Source: Tubiluchus corallicola
Lineage: Eukaryota; Animalia; Priapulida
DNA length: 64,000 bases
Direction: 5' to 3'
Assembly (NCBI GenBank): GCA_030141605.1
Contig: JAQGDQ010000168.1
Location: forward strand, 372,001 to 436,000
The number at the start of each line of letters is the position of its first letter. Position 1 is the first letter of the stretch. Positions 13,521-27,329 of this stretch are shown here, piece after piece. The notes under the pieces were generated by a model, which searched no databases, was not told the DNA's origin, and worked only from the letters and a program-made list of their open reading frames with translations. The position numbers and the translations under genes were made by a program.

Positions 13521-15186
13521 AAAATAAGGTTGTCATCATCACTTAGACGTGCAACTAAGGCACCAAACTCCCAATTGGACTAAACTCTGTGATGAACGAC
13601 TTCTACCATTATCATTATCACCATCCACTGCAGACAGTTTATCACCAAGGTAACGGGCAGTCAGTTACATTTATAGAGAAACTCCCTGCCTCCATTTAGA
13701 TAGCAAATTGCTTGGAAACCCCATTAGCACGCAACGCTAGAAAGAAGCAAATGTTTTATAGAACAGAAAGTATAATATGCTAAGTTACAAATGAATAATA
13801 ATCTGTTCTCATAAGTGGCTTTCCTCTGTGCGGCAGGTATAATTACTTTTACTCATTCATTACTTCACTAAGCCTTGTAAGTGCAATTCACTTTATTTTT
13901 AGAACAACAAAGATTAGTTTGTTTCAAACTTAAAGGAATAGTCAAGGACAGGATGATTTTTGCGACGATACCTCATTTTGACCTATGATGTTATGGTCTA
14001 AAATATGCTTTGCGTTATCCTCAATAATTACCGAATTGCTTCTAATAATTAAATATTAACGTAGCAACTTAATTAGCAGCCTACCAGTGCAGCTGGCGAT
14101 GACATCACAGCTGGGTAAAATTTCTAATGATAGAAACCTTCCATGTGCCGGCATTTACATAAAATACAAAAACGTTTGCACTCAAAATTATATTTACTGC
14201 TGAACTTAAATGCTGGACGTGACTGTCCTGACGCCATAAACATATTGTGTTCCATATTGATATGACAGGCGCAGCGCCAATTTTTTGTGCAAGGCGTTTG
14301 TGAAATGCAGGCGTGGCCATCTAGATACATATGCCTTACTGATAGCGTGCAAAACAAAATTAAGCTCATAAAACCTGAAAAAGCAAAAAACTGAAAACTG
14401 GCGCTGTTTTATATAAATAAAAATCAATACTTAACGACAAATAACAAACATGCGTTATTATTAATATGACAAATTAATATAATATAAAGTAGGTTATTAA
14501 TATAAGACACGAGGCGAAACCAGAGAACACGTGTGACAGCCACATACCTAAGAAAATTAGGAAAAACACCAAATAGTGCATGCAATTGTAATTACACGTC
14601 TATAAGCAATACAAAGGAAGTGGAGCACTTATCACGAATATGCACTCTCGTGTGTCACAGACACAACAATAAACCATATTCCACGGCAGTACAGTGAAAC
14701 GAGCGAATGAGCAGACGGACTTTTGAACGCACATACATTCAGGAAAACAACTCCACATTGTTTAGTTTCGACAATGAAAGCTTTCACTATATATAGGCCT
14801 ACATGTACAAACAACACAGTTTCTCGACTGGTGCAACAATAGTCGAGATAATTGAGATCATTGAGTGCAAATACCTAATCTGCGCCTGTCTTACACTGAG
14901 TTACCAAGTTGTAGCCTTTCAGAACACAGACAACTTCCAGGCGTCTCTGATCAAATATTAATTTCTGTTCATCACACACGGTGAATCCGCTACAAGTACC
15001 CATTCGCATCCCTGATCATGATTATAAATAGCGCCTAGAGCTAAGAGGCTTAATAACATAATACTGTAAGAGGATAAGTAAAGGATTCTCATTGTACTCA
15101 GCACGAGTAGTCGATGTGCGCCTAGATAACAAGATTTTATTTCCCGTAAGATGGGTTTATAAAAGAGGCTACTCGGGCTAGTGAAA

Positions 15187-15256
<70 letters not shown>
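15187..15256. repeat. (TAT)n microsatellite
   Basis: Directly visible in the sequence. Confidence 0.95.
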
Positions 15257-15257
<1 letters not shown>

Positions 15258-16135
15258 GGGCATCCCAAAGGAAAAAACTGGATTTATAAGCAATCAATCC
15301 ACATCAAGAAATGTTCAGTGTAAGCCTAAAAGAAGCGGCAAAAGAACGAGTAATACGAAAAAACTACCGGCGTTTAGGAACCAATCAGAAGAGGTTCTGA
15401 CAGCATATTCCATAGAAAAAGGATTTATCAATCAGTAAATATTCGGCGGACCTAGTTTCATTCGCTCGAATTTATTTAGGTGTTTACTTATTCTTTCAAG
15501 AGACTGTATGCCGCTTTACTAGTTTGTCAATCCGTCTTCCGTAACCGCTTACGACCGTCAATCAGCTACGATTGAAAGTTTGCCATTTTCCTAGCTAAAT
15601 TCAATCATTCATTCATGCATTACAATCGCAATGACTTCACGGTTTTAAAGTTTAATTATCTTGCAAACGATTAAACGACCACTGTTGCACTGCAACGGCA
15701 AATATATGCAATGTCACGAAGCTAGTTTATAAGTCTTTGATCAATTATTCGGGGGCGACAGTCACTCAGTGTTAAAGTGAAACTTTAATGCTTGTTGATG
15801 TAAAGCGATAACTAAGTGACCGTTTCGATTATTTATGCGCCAAAATGCATTACGACTTAAAAACAGGTTGCAAATTAACAGTTAACAGGCTACTTAGGTA
15901 GAAGTTCTCTGATTCAGCCATAAGTTTGAAGACAAATCAAACTGTATAACAACGTTATGCAACGTTTAATCATAATCGTCTGATATACAATTATACATTT
16001 CAGAAATAAAGAAGTCATTGGCAGACATTATCTATGTATGTATTTTCATGTATTTAATTTGCTACCAGTACTAAAATTTCAAAACTCATTACTATCGTAA
16101 TGTTCGACATGTGATACATCCGCTGCGAGCAATGT

Positions 16136-16203
16136 TCAGAAGTCTGCAGACATGACCGTCAGGGTTATGGTCAGAAGTCTGCAGACATGACCGTCAGGGT
16201 TAT
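16136..16203. repeat. Tandem duplication, about 33-35 bp x2
   Basis: tcagaagtctgcagacatgaccgtcagggttat occurs twice. Confidence 0.9.
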
Positions 16204-17668
16204 CACGACAATGTTTGTTGATCTTTAACCAATATTAATAATACTGATCAATAACATTGATTAATAATATTGATCAAAAACCAATAATTAATGCTCTAAC
16301 TTTTTCCAAAAATTGTTTTCTATCACTTTCGACATACACCATAGATATGCAAGATGATTCGTTCGATATATTTATGTCGCTTCTACGTAATGTCACTCTT
16401 TCAGTAAAATACAACAAATGTTGTAAATTCATAACTGCAAGAAAAGTGATTGTCGTACGCTTAATGATATTGCTCGTTTGTAATAGCACCAGTAAGTTTG
16501 TAGAATATTCGCTATTCACTTTTCAACTGCATGTAAACCCTGAACTCAGACTCATCTACGTTTCTATAGCAAAAGCATTTAAACCACATGGGAAATACAA
16601 TATGAAACTGCTTGAGCGTTAATAATGCAAATTTAATTTATTGTTGCACTGGCCCATTTTACTGTATGTGTCTGTGGGATTAACATTTAATGCTGATTCG
16701 TTAGTGCCCAATAGTTTGCAAAATTCCTGGTAATTGCTACTGAAGCCACGGGATTTAACTAAAGTCGCCTTCATAAATTGTTGAAGAGCACAAACTAGCT
16801 CGGAATTGGCCAAAATACATTGCTGTAAGTTATATTTGTCGTTTTGCCGTTTTTATTAAAAACATTTTTATCGTTTACTAGATTGGTGTAAGTAAAGGGT
16901 TTTTACAATTTCCCACATATAAAATTGATAAGGTAAGCACAAAAAAATCAATCCAAATCATGCAATTTACAAATAAGCTTGGGGCAGCGCTTCTACAACT
17001 GCACAATCGCTTATTCATAACTTATATTGCATGGTAATCAATTTCGTCGATTTTTTTATGTCCGAGCTAACAGTCTTGCAAGACATTTTCCGACAGCCAA
17101 TGGTTTTGTACAATTTTAACAAGCCGAAAGCTACGTATCATGTGCATTGCTATGTAATTTCTATATAATCTATATTTATATATACATGTTATTTTACTGT
17201 TTACTTTTACTCATGTGTAAAATGTATATACTTATTTCTTGTGCCTAATAAATAATAATAAAGCAAATTGCCATGGCAAGATTGTCCAAATACATATTTG
17301 AAACTCATGCCTCCACAATCTGCACAGAGGACAAAACATATCATTTTAAAATTACTGTGAGGAAATGTAGACCAATCTTCTACCTTAGATGTCTAACTAA
17401 CATCTGTTAATAATATTTTATTGCGCTTATCTCTCTGATGTTATCATCTTTGCCCGTTGGACTGAAAAATTAATGCACTTTTGATGTATGCATTATTTAT
17501 ACAACTAGTCCTATAATATAAAATTAATTGCCTTTTAATTAATGTGCTTTAATTCCTATAATTTTAGTCATATATTACCAGTGTAGCTAATTAAATTTAA
17601 AAGTATGCGTGAGCATGTTTGTATGACTTACGACAACGACTGAGAGCTCAATTAAAGAACGGAGAAAA

Positions 17669-17772
17669 GAGAATTGAAGAAAGAAGAAGAAAATAAGCAA
17701 ACTGTTAATTTGGGTCCATAAAGAATTGAAGAAGGAAGAAGAAAATAAGCAAACTGTTAATTTGGGTCCATA
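17669..17772. repeat. Tandem duplication, about 52 bp x2
   Basis: agaattgaagaa(a/g)gaagaagaaaataagcaaactgttaatttgggtccataa occurs twice. Confidence 0.9.
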
Positions 17773-18069
17773 ATCACTCCTTACCCGTCGCGACAAATGT
17801 ATAAATGAAAATTTCGCTTTGCTTAACTGTTTTCATCCGTATCAGTACATGAATAAGGTGATGCAAGCACCCATTTTACGGATTTGCCAGTCCAGCAACG
17901 TGTTAATCAACCGTAAACTATTTGTCGCCACTGACGATTGCCCCGAGGAATTGACATTTGATATTTTTATGTCGTTCGCTGAATCGTTGAACACATAATT
18001 TCCCTTCATTACTGCTATGCCAATCCATTAAAGCAGTACCTCACTCTTTTGGCATACAGTGTTGTACTT

Positions 18070-18260
18070 GTTACAGGCAATATGCAAAATTTAGACGTAA
18101 TTTTTATAAAAATTCCCACGAAGTTCATATAACATATGCATTTCAAGAATGCATTAAGGTGAAGTAAATGTTTTTGCTATGCCACTTTCACGCTCTACCT
18201 AGACTCTTAGCATAGCAGCTAGGATCTATATAAAATGTGTAAAGTGACTTTGACAAAGTG
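18070..18260 (-). repeat. Dispersed repeat, copy C (inverted)
   Basis: Reverse complement reads cactttgtcaaagtcacttt...tagatcctagct...tctaggtagagcgtgaaagtggcatagcaaaaa. Confidence 0.65.
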
Positions 18261-19179
18261 TGAAATGAAATTATATATAAAAATGTTGAATACTATATAT
18301 TATTAATTAAGTACTGTATAGATGCATAAAACGACTTAAAATGTACTAATTTAAGCATGCAGTTCAAGTATGCCAGAGAGCTTTACTGGCAATGGATGCA
18401 ACGTCACCATTTCTGCTACTGAATCAGGTGGACAACTTGCTCTCTGACAAATGCACATAATTTATATAACCTCACATTAAATTACATAACGTCATATACG
18501 CACAACTTAAGTCAGGGGAAGAAAAGACAATATAAAATTATGTCCCAAAAAACTTTCCATGCAAATCTATATTACTTAGCATTTCGCGTACCTACTGGAA
18601 AGACTTACGTAGGTAGAAATAATAATTTAAAATGTTCGTGGCAATTAGTAAAATGTCGCTGGCTCACCCTCCAGGGCGAGCCACTCACTGACCAAAAACT
18701 TATGTTTTTTCTTATTGACAAGATACAGTAATTTTAAATTTTACTTAGTTAGTTACGTGTGTGCTACGGATGCTCTGGTTATTTTTTCAAACTTCACGCA
18801 ATGTTATCTCAGCTTGTTTCAAACGACCTCCCATTAAAATGGCTGCACCTAACGGTCATCGCGGGAGTTTAAATTTACAAGTTTTATACAGCCTTACTGC
18901 CGTCGCCAGCCCTACGTGCAAAAAGGCAGTATGTAAGTGGTATAATTCAAGACGAATCTTTTAAGCTTTATGTAACTGGGGGGTTTCTTGTGCTTTAACT
19001 GCATTGATTGTTTCGGCGCTCTATAAAACACCTAGGCATTCTGTAGGAAGGCCGGTTTCACACTTTGCCTTCAACATGTTTTCGCTAAGTCGCAGCTTCG
19101 TCATATGCAATATTATTTTTAATATACTTATGTCACTCCTTCTGTACTCATTACCCATTCCTTCAGCATAGGCTGTCAG

Positions 19180-19470
19180 GCATGTCATTTCGTCGATATA
19201 GTGTCGTTCAATTAAAATAGACATGTTGCTTCTTGGATACACTGTGTCATTGTCTGACACAGCTACTTCACTCTTTTGATGCACATGTCGTCTTTTCGAC
19301 TTGACTATGTCGCTTTTTCACTGTAAAATTCATTCCTTCAGTGTAAATATTTCGCCCGTTTGATATACAATGTCATTCTTTTGACGTAACCGTGTTGCTG
19401 CTTCAAAATACAATGTCATTCCTCTGACATAGCAATGATGCTTCTTTGATATACATTGTCATAGTCTAAG
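19180..19470. repeat. Degenerate minisatellite, about 21-22 bp
   Basis: Units resemble gatatacaatgtcattctttt. Confidence 0.6.
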
Positions 19471-20039
19471 ACGATTCTTAAAAAAAATTGGTACGACATT
19501 TCTTTACGGTTTTTTATTTCTTTGAAACTAGTTAGCGGGTAGCCTAGCTCGAGACAAACAGTTACAACCTTTATTTCACTGTGGCAATATGATCTCTAAT
19601 TTTCCATAACTGGTTTTCGTGCGACTCCAATAAGTATTCTATAGAACAGAGTTCAACATTTTATGTAGGCAAGAGAATTAACCTGACTTAGAGTAACAAA
19701 CACTCTGACCTTTGCTGCAAGCATCAGACCGCTAAGGCAATGTGCACCAGATACAAAAATTAAGTCCACGCAGTAATTACTGTTATTACTCTAAATGAAC
19801 CTTATACACGACAACTCAATTTCAGCTGCTGCAACAGTAATATCTTGTACGTAGGTTATTAGCGTCACATAACGTCATTTGACTTTGACAATATATATCA
19901 CTTAGGATCTGTATAAATCGTATATCTTAATTTCGGTGGTATATACATATACATATACATATACATCAATATATATTATATATTATATATACGTAATTAT
20001 GATTATAACGATATATACCCATATAAATATAAGTATATA

Positions 20040-20303
20040 TAACCGATGAGGCCATTGCTTCGACGCCGGCGGCACCATTTTCGACGACCTGTACATCAAG
20101 CGAAAGGACTCGCTCCACAGATTTGCCATCGGGGGCTTAATCGGGTGTTTAATTGTCTCGAATCGGGCCCACCGGTAGGAACAGGGGCAAGAAATCTCCA
20201 AAAAATGCCTCTTTGACCGCTTTTCGCAAAACTTTGAATTTGCAAAATTTATACCTCTTATTTCTAGAGAACGGAAACGTGCCAGGCGCGGTGCCAGTAA
20301 TGG

Positions 20304-20306
<3 letters not shown>
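20040..20306. mobile_element. GC-rich insertion of about 265 bp within a TA-rich/(TA)n tract
   Basis: Sharp GC island flanked by TA-rich sequence on the left and (TA)n on the right, with short AACC...GGTT inverted ends. Confidence 0.35.
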
Positions 20307-20339
<33 letters not shown>

Positions 20340-22699
20340 TATCATATGCTATCACATGATAGCATACATTATACAATGTGAAATATCATTCAGTGAATGC
20401 CTGTCATGAATGGGTTACACTGCTAATAGGCAAATGCGTTTGGTGCAAAGAAATTAAAACTACGAGTGCAGTAGAAGTGCATAAAAACACAAGTAATAAT
20501 ATAATTTATTCCAATAGCCCATTCAATAGTGGCTGTTATAGGTGTATTTAGATTTCACGGGAGGGCCTCAGTTTCCCGAACCCAACCATGCAAATTTTGC
20601 GAAAAACTGCACAAACAGCCGCCACAAAAAATCGATTTGTGCAACTGTTTAGGCATGTCGAGAAAAAATAAGCACGCTCACAGAAAGAGGACGAAACGAT
20701 CTACAAGGTGTGCAGGTATCGTTGGGAGCGATGTCCACTAGATGAAACAGGAAGAATGTATTTCGAAGTTCTTTTTCAACGCCTTTGCTGCACGCTGCTT
20801 GGAACATCCATTGTCTTTGAGTTTGATAAATGCCGTGGCTGTTCCAGGCATTGTGATCACCCACCATGCTAAGGTGTTATAGACTGAACACGTAAGTTAT
20901 ATCTGTTCGCCTATTATCATCAGAGAAACAGTGCACAAACTATGTAGAATGTTGGTGTATTATTGATCATTGGTGGACAATCTAGCAGCATTTATTATAG
21001 CACACAAATTCAAGTTTGTGCAAAATGTTTTGCATGGTTTGGCTGTGATGCTGCGCTGTTGGTATTGGTGTTGTAGGTGTCGTCATCGTCCTCGTCATCA
21101 TCATCATGGTCACCATGTGATGTGGTGGGCTTGGTGTGCTGTGGTATGGCGTGGTGAGTATGCTGTGGATGGTGTGGTGCGGTGGTGTAGCATGTGCGGT
21201 ATGGTGTGGCATGGGTTGTCATTGGTTTGTGCGCAAAATTCTTTTGCGGGGTTTGACTAGTATTTAATAATATATAAGCTGCAATAGTTAACAGACTGTA
21301 CAACTGTTTCTAGCCATAATCTTTAAGAACTCACATCGACGGCACATCAAAGGAAGGCACTAGTTGAAGTCGTACCGTCCACCGCCTGTATTTATATTAT
21401 CGGCCAGCTCAACTATTCAAATGTAACTTGCAAGTCGAATTAGATGAGTCCCAAAAAACGGAACATTCAACCACTTCTTTCTTAATAGAAAATTAAATTT
21501 TGTTTTCGATGATTTAAACCAACTGGACATTCTCTTGGCAGGAACTTCCGTAAGTTCCAATAAAGAACTTCTTTTTTTGTTTGTAAAATTAATGTTGCTC
21601 CTGCTGTTGGTATTCTGGGCTATTGGTGTTGCTGTAGCTGCTGTTGTTGTTGTTTTTTGTTGTTTTGTTGCTGTTGTTGTTGCTGCTGCTGTCGTTGTAG
21701 TTGCTGTTGAATCAATACATTATAAGCATTCATTAGTTAAAATAATAATAAATATAATAATAGTTATTATAATAATTATTATAATGCAGTGCGTTTGAAT
21801 AAATGTATTGCTGGTGATCATGACAAGTGGGTCTAAAAGATCCTCAATGTAATAGCAGAAAAGATTTTCCATTCTTGGATATTAGCGAGTGCGTCATGTA
21901 TCATGTCATAAGCCAGGAGACACTTATTACAACTCTCAGCAACAACATGAAAGATACTTTAAAACAAGAAAACCGTCACGATAAGACCTGGTAGGCATGG
22001 AACTACAGTCACAATAACAGGGAGTTATTGTTGGCTTCCCAGAGGGTACTTTTGCAGTTGGTCTCTAAAGACGTGTCACTTTTTCGTAGAAATTGAATGC
22101 AGTTCTCGATGCTGACGTCTACGAATGCATACAACGACGTAATAGTGTCCGAATTTTGATTTTCTCTTTGGGAGTTTGGAGATGTAATTGCCGGTGCATT
22201 ACACAGAAGAGTACTTGTTTCGGCAATACTGACTTCTATAGCAAATCGTAGTTTGCAAGAAGAAACTTTTATGTAGTCCTATAAGCCTGCGATGTGACGT
22301 ATGTGTACGATCTAGTGAAACTAATGCAATATTGTGTATGTAAGTCAAGCTTACAGTACATTTTACAGGCAAAACGTGAAACCGGCATTGTGTAGAATAT
22401 CTAGACATGTTACACACGTTGTAAATTTTATGGAGTGCCAAAGGTATTCATGTAAAATTCCTAAAATAATATCTTGTACACTTTTCATAGGCATTGTATG
22501 TAATGTAAGTTTGTCTACACAAAGTACGTAATTTTTGGTTAACTGACGTGCTTTTCCTAAGCATTTTATAGAATGATAGATAAATTTTACTTAAAGTAGA
22601 AATAAAACAAACGACCAATTACATGTATTCTGATATAATTTTCCAGGGAATTTTATATAATGTCAGTTTTATTTTAGGGAATGTGTTAATTTGAAATAC

Positions 22700-23240
22700 T
22701 GATCTTTTGCCAGTCATGAACTCACGTAATGAAATTTGTCGAGGAATACTGGACTACTGGCTTATTATGACACGTTGTGACCAACAAAGACAGTGTTCCA
22801 TGATGGTGGACTCATTGCTCTGGCTGTTTGCTCTTCCGAGGCGACAATGTCGTACAAGTCACACTTGGTGTTCAGGGTGGAGAAAATATTTTGCAGACAG
22901 AAATGTTCAAGCTTTCTGATGCGACGGCAAGACGATAGCTTGATAGACCAGAATCATTTTTAAATTTAGATCTTTGCTCTTAAAGACTCGTTTCGTAAGT
23001 TTCCCAAAACTTCATATGAGATACTCCAGTTAGATGCTCCGCACATTTTTCGGGAGTACTATCTTGCATATCAAGCTTCTTGGGAGAGGAAAGTGGTCCA
23101 CCTGATTGAGAAGCATGTCCGTGATGGTGATGTTGCATCCATTGCCAATATAACAATTAACTCATTGGCTTTGTTGAGTTGCTTGCTGAATTTAGTACAT
23201 TGACCAAGTCGTTTTATGCATTTCATACAATCTCCAGGTA
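22700..23240 (-). mobile_element. Degenerate RTE-clade LINE fragment
   Basis: Frame-shifted minus-strand pieces FGKLTKRVFKSKDLNLK, VYQAIVL, RKLEHF, LGRANSQS and IPRQISLREFMTGKR follow the order of the RTE ORF C-terminal motifs. Confidence 0.65.
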
Positions 23241-23251
23241 ATGTAAAAACA

Positions 23252-23796
23252 TAGGGTGTCTCAAAAGTCAATATACACTATGATTTTTAATTTTCCTTTC
23301 AAATTTGTCTCGGTAACGCCTCACATAATTCAAAAGAAGCCGAGCCTGTGGCAATTCTTTTTGTCTATTTTTTGACTAAAACTCCGTTGCTACGGTGATA
23401 ACGTTAGAAATGAGCTGCAAAATTAACCTGGCATGAGGTTCTTCAATCGCCAGTTCCGGAAGTTGAACGGATATTCAGAATACAGTTTAAGCAAACTATT
23501 AACAACATAGTTTTTCAGCAAGATGCAGCCCTTCCTTATCACTCATGGGCTGTGAAAGGCTTTCTCAATGCAAGTGTCAAACTTCCTTGGTTTCTAAGCT
23601 TCTTGAAGCCCGCGAAGAAGGTTGCGAAAATAGCAAACCTACTAGTGCAGTAACGCTTTAGACATTTTCATTTGATTTGACTAAAAATATTGTCCAAGGT
23701 TTTAGTATATATATACTAATTTTCAAACATTTTGCTTTGTTTGTTAAAAATATAGAAAATGAAAAGCGTGTGTAGTGAATTCTGGGTCACTCAGTA
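23252..23796 (+). mobile_element. Internally deleted Tc1/mariner DNA transposon remnant
   Basis: Degenerate inverted termini (agggtgtctcaaaagtcaatatacac and gtgtgtagtgaattctgggtcactcag). An internal peptide at 23501, NNIVFQQDAALPYHSWAVKGFLN, resembles the FQQDGAPPH motif around the second catalytic Asp. Confidence 0.65.
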
Positions 23797-23826
23797 TATA
23801 GAAAAAGTTTAATTAAACATAAACTA

Positions 23827-24005
23827 CACTTTGCCAAAGTCACTTTATGCTTTTCATATAGATCCTAGCTATTATACAAAACGTCTAGATAAAGCGTGAA
23901 AGTGCCGCAGCAAAAAATTTCGCACTTGTATCGAAATGCACAGATATTACATGAAATGCTCAGAAATTTTTAAAATGTCTAAATTATGCACATTGTCTGT
24001 AACAT
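23827..24005 (+). repeat. Dispersed repeat, copy B
   Basis: cactttgccaaagtcacttt...tagatcctagct...tctagataaagcgtgaaagtgccgcagcaaaaa. Confidence 0.65.
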
Positions 24006-24379
24006 ATGCACACAACTTGTGAAACCAGCGCAGTGTAAGCGTAGTTACAAAAGTTCGTACGAACTTCTAAAAATATTTGCGTGCGAAGATTCTTACGAAC
24101 ATTTTAGCGACGGGATGCCCAAGTGACTGACAACAGTAAACCGCATACAAGTCAAAAGGGATCTCCAGCCATATCTATAGTAATAGGATTAAGCCCAAAT
24201 ATTTTATATTTGCTAATGTTTCAAATATTTTATAATTTTTCAAATATTTTATATTTATTAATTTTTCATAAAATTAATATTGCTGAATTAATTACTTACA
24301 AGTTAGAAATATAAGAAAATCGAGGAAAAGACAACAATAAACTACACAATAAACCACACAAAAACTCCTTCAATATTAT

Positions 24380-24700
24380 TATTCGATTTTGGCTACGTAT
24401 GTCACAAAAGTATATGCACCAATGTGGTTTAAAATAAACACTTCTTGCAGAAAAGCAGCATCTCATGAGTATCATTTGTAGATCACATTATTTACCAGAC
24501 CCTGTTATTCGAAGAAATGCTTACTTTGCTCACCCTGAAAACATACTTTTAGTTATGCTTGGAGATGAAGATGAAACTATAAAAGAACTGGGAAGGAGAA
24601 GGATTTTTAGAACAAGGATGAAGACGAAAGTAGAAGGCATAAGAAAATTCAAAATTCCTGCCATAAACTTTGAGGCACTGCTTACGATCAGCTCATAGAC
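24380..24700 (+). mobile_element. DNA transposase remnant (hAT/hATm-like)
   Basis: Pieces ILATYVTKVYAPMWFKI and PVIRRNAYFAHPENILLVMLGDEDETIKELGRRRI...IRKFKIPAINFEA are typical of a widespread invertebrate transposase C-terminus. The superfamily call is from memory and tentative. Confidence 0.65.
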
Positions 24701-24764
24701 TGGCAAGCGATCGAACGCGCATGATCACCAATCATGAAAAACATTTCAGATGTGACTTTTGCGA

Positions 24765-25146
24765 AGATCTAGCGAAATGTGGTGCCATGTATGTATATGA
24801 TCTAATGAAACCAGTGCAGTGTACGTATGTATACAATCGAGCGAAAGCGGTCAAGTGTAAGCATACAAACTAGTAAAACTAATGCAGTATATGAATATTA
24901 TCCAGCTTAAACGAGGAAATTCACGTAGGCCTACACGATCTAATCAGACCTGTACAGAGTATGTACGCGATCTAGCTAAACTACTGCAGGTAAGTCAAAA
25001 TACGACATAGATATATGACTTAGCAAAACCAGTCCAGTGTTTGTACATGATCTAAGTGCAGTTGTATGTATACGATCTAACGAAACCTATGCAGATTATG
25101 AAAATGATCTAGCAAAATAGATGCAGCGTGTGCATATACGATCTAT
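24765..25146. repeat. Degenerate minisatellite, about 32 bp
   Basis: Recurring gatcta(g/a)cgaaac...tgcagtgtatgtatac units. A single related unit lies at about 22300-22340. Confidence 0.7.
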
Positions 25147-25834
25147 TATTTCAACTCACGTAACATACAAAACCTCTCAAAGCTCTCGTGCTGCACTCAT
25201 AAATCAACCGTTACAAGGATTCATTTCGGCAGGATCTTATAAGAAAGAGCTGCACTCAGGGAACTTTCCCTAATCTCCCTAGATTAACATGTCAATAAAA
25301 TCGTACCAGACAAACTAACAGCAAACCTAAGCAGAAATTTGAACTTGGCGCACGCTTTATCGATAATATGAAAAGTAACTGCCTTGCAGTTTTTCATACA
25401 AATCGCCCTAAAAAGTCTATACAGTCACCACTAAGGATAAAAAGAGACTATTCAGTTCAAATTTTATTTCTGTGACTAAGAACATATAAAATACAAATAC
25501 AGTCCTAAAATGAAACAAAATACGTTGAAATGAAAAATTACAAGATTAAATGTGTATACACGGTTAGTAAATTAAGAGCTAAATAAATTTTTGAGACTAA
25601 TTATTTAATAACTCGTTCCACTCTACAAAAAAGCAGAAGCTGACAAGTCTATGTGGTGAAGAACTATGATATAATAGATGATTATGATGATTATAATGAC
25701 AGGACTTGTGTCATATGGTCGAAATTCATGGAGAAAACCTTTATGCCATATGATTAAAGTTTGTGGAGTATGGAATTTAGCAAATAAAGATCAGTAATAA
25801 AGTGTATAATCGGACTGGAGTTATTACAAAACCC

Positions 25835-25866
<32 letters not shown>

Positions 25867-27329
25867 AGCATTGGATATTTCAAGACCTATTAACTTGACA
25901 TTGTCATGCATTTAAAGCTCAATAGTAAAACCTTTATTAATGTGCTTGGTGATTAATGAAAGCACATTATCAATGGAGTGAGAAGATATCGCACATCAAC
26001 ACGAAAGGCATTATTGTGCAGGAATCACCATAACTACTCATTTAGTATTTGACTTCAAAGGCCATACTGATGAATCAATAACAGCGGGTAATCCACAATA
26101 ATTTGAGAGATCTGGTTTCTCACACCTTTATATGCTTGTAGGGATAGTTGAAATAAGTTTCCAAGATGAAAACATAAGTTAGCTCCCCAATGATTGAATA
26201 GTCTGAACGGCACAAAAGACACGGCTTTAACAGGTTTGGCATCCACTATCAAAAATACTAATAAAACAACGATCATAGACGGAATCATGGATGTTATAAT
26301 AAATAGAATTACGTTTTTATTTTCTAATACACTACCACGGAAAACGCTTTAATACCTTTCCTGGGGAAGCAGAACGCAATAGGCTGGAAACATCTGTTTA
26401 TTAGTGAATAAAAACATAATTCATTCTATTATGACATCATTATGACACCAGTGATTCAATCTACAATCTTTGTTTTGCTAGCACTCCACGTTTTGAAGAC
26501 AATCATAGAATTCCACTTTATGAGGAATGTTTCCTTTCTTGCTGGGCTAAGATGATAAGAATGACTTCCGAGACGTGTTCACACAGGTCAAAATTGAAAA
26601 ATCGGATCTAGGTGGAAATAATGGAATCTGTATCCGTGGTTTTTGAAGTTAAAGTTCTCGACATTTGGTGAGCAGCTTTGCTATGTAAACCGAGTAAATA
26701 ATCGAATCGCATCCAATGAACAAAGAACACTGTTAAAGACAAATTCAATGTTAAAAATGTGCCAAAAATCTTCCAAGCCTAACTTTATTTGGAAATAGAA
26801 CAGTGAAATACAGTAATTCTTAGTACAGCTTTGTACTACTCTCAGAGTCTCCTTCTGTTTGTATTTATTTCATGCTTGAAGTAAGTGATGTCACTCAGCC
26901 ATGTTATGCAGACTTCACATTTTCCAAAAATGGCTTCTATTTGAAATGATACCGGATACAAGAGAGTGAACTAAGATTGTTAAGAAATAACTTTAGCTGA
27001 AAGATATGTGACGGTGAGCATTAAGGGTTTTAAGAAGATATCGTTCAGTGGTACATCAGCAAGAAAGGCATGACTAGTCACAAACGACTTCAAATTTTTA
27101 AAAGTTTGTTAGCTTACAAAGCTAGAAGCTCTGTTGGACAAATCGTACATGACCCCGAACTGGCCGGTTTATCAGAACATCCTGTAGTATGAGCATCTCA
27201 ACAGTACATAACAAGTACATGTTCAAAAAAGAGCGTTCTACCATTTGTGTATGCTGTGATTTTAGTAGGGTGATATACGCTAATGAATCTATGGTCAGCA
27301 CTGAAGTCTCTAAAGAAATGGGTTGATAT

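Noticed and set aside
14190-14375. Candidate CNRIP1 middle exon (HMYLDGH...SGQSRP)
   Set aside because: Only superficial similarity, the good acceptor is in a different frame, and there is no phase-0 donor.
20700-20860. Minus-strand peptide FIKLKDNGCSKQRAAKALKKNF resembling a Penelope-like C-terminus
   Set aside because: Too short, with no reverse transcriptase or GIY-YIG motif to support it.
24765-25146. CRISPR-like spacing of 32-bp units
   Set aside because: Degenerate tandem units without unique spacers, in a eukaryotic context with no cas genes.
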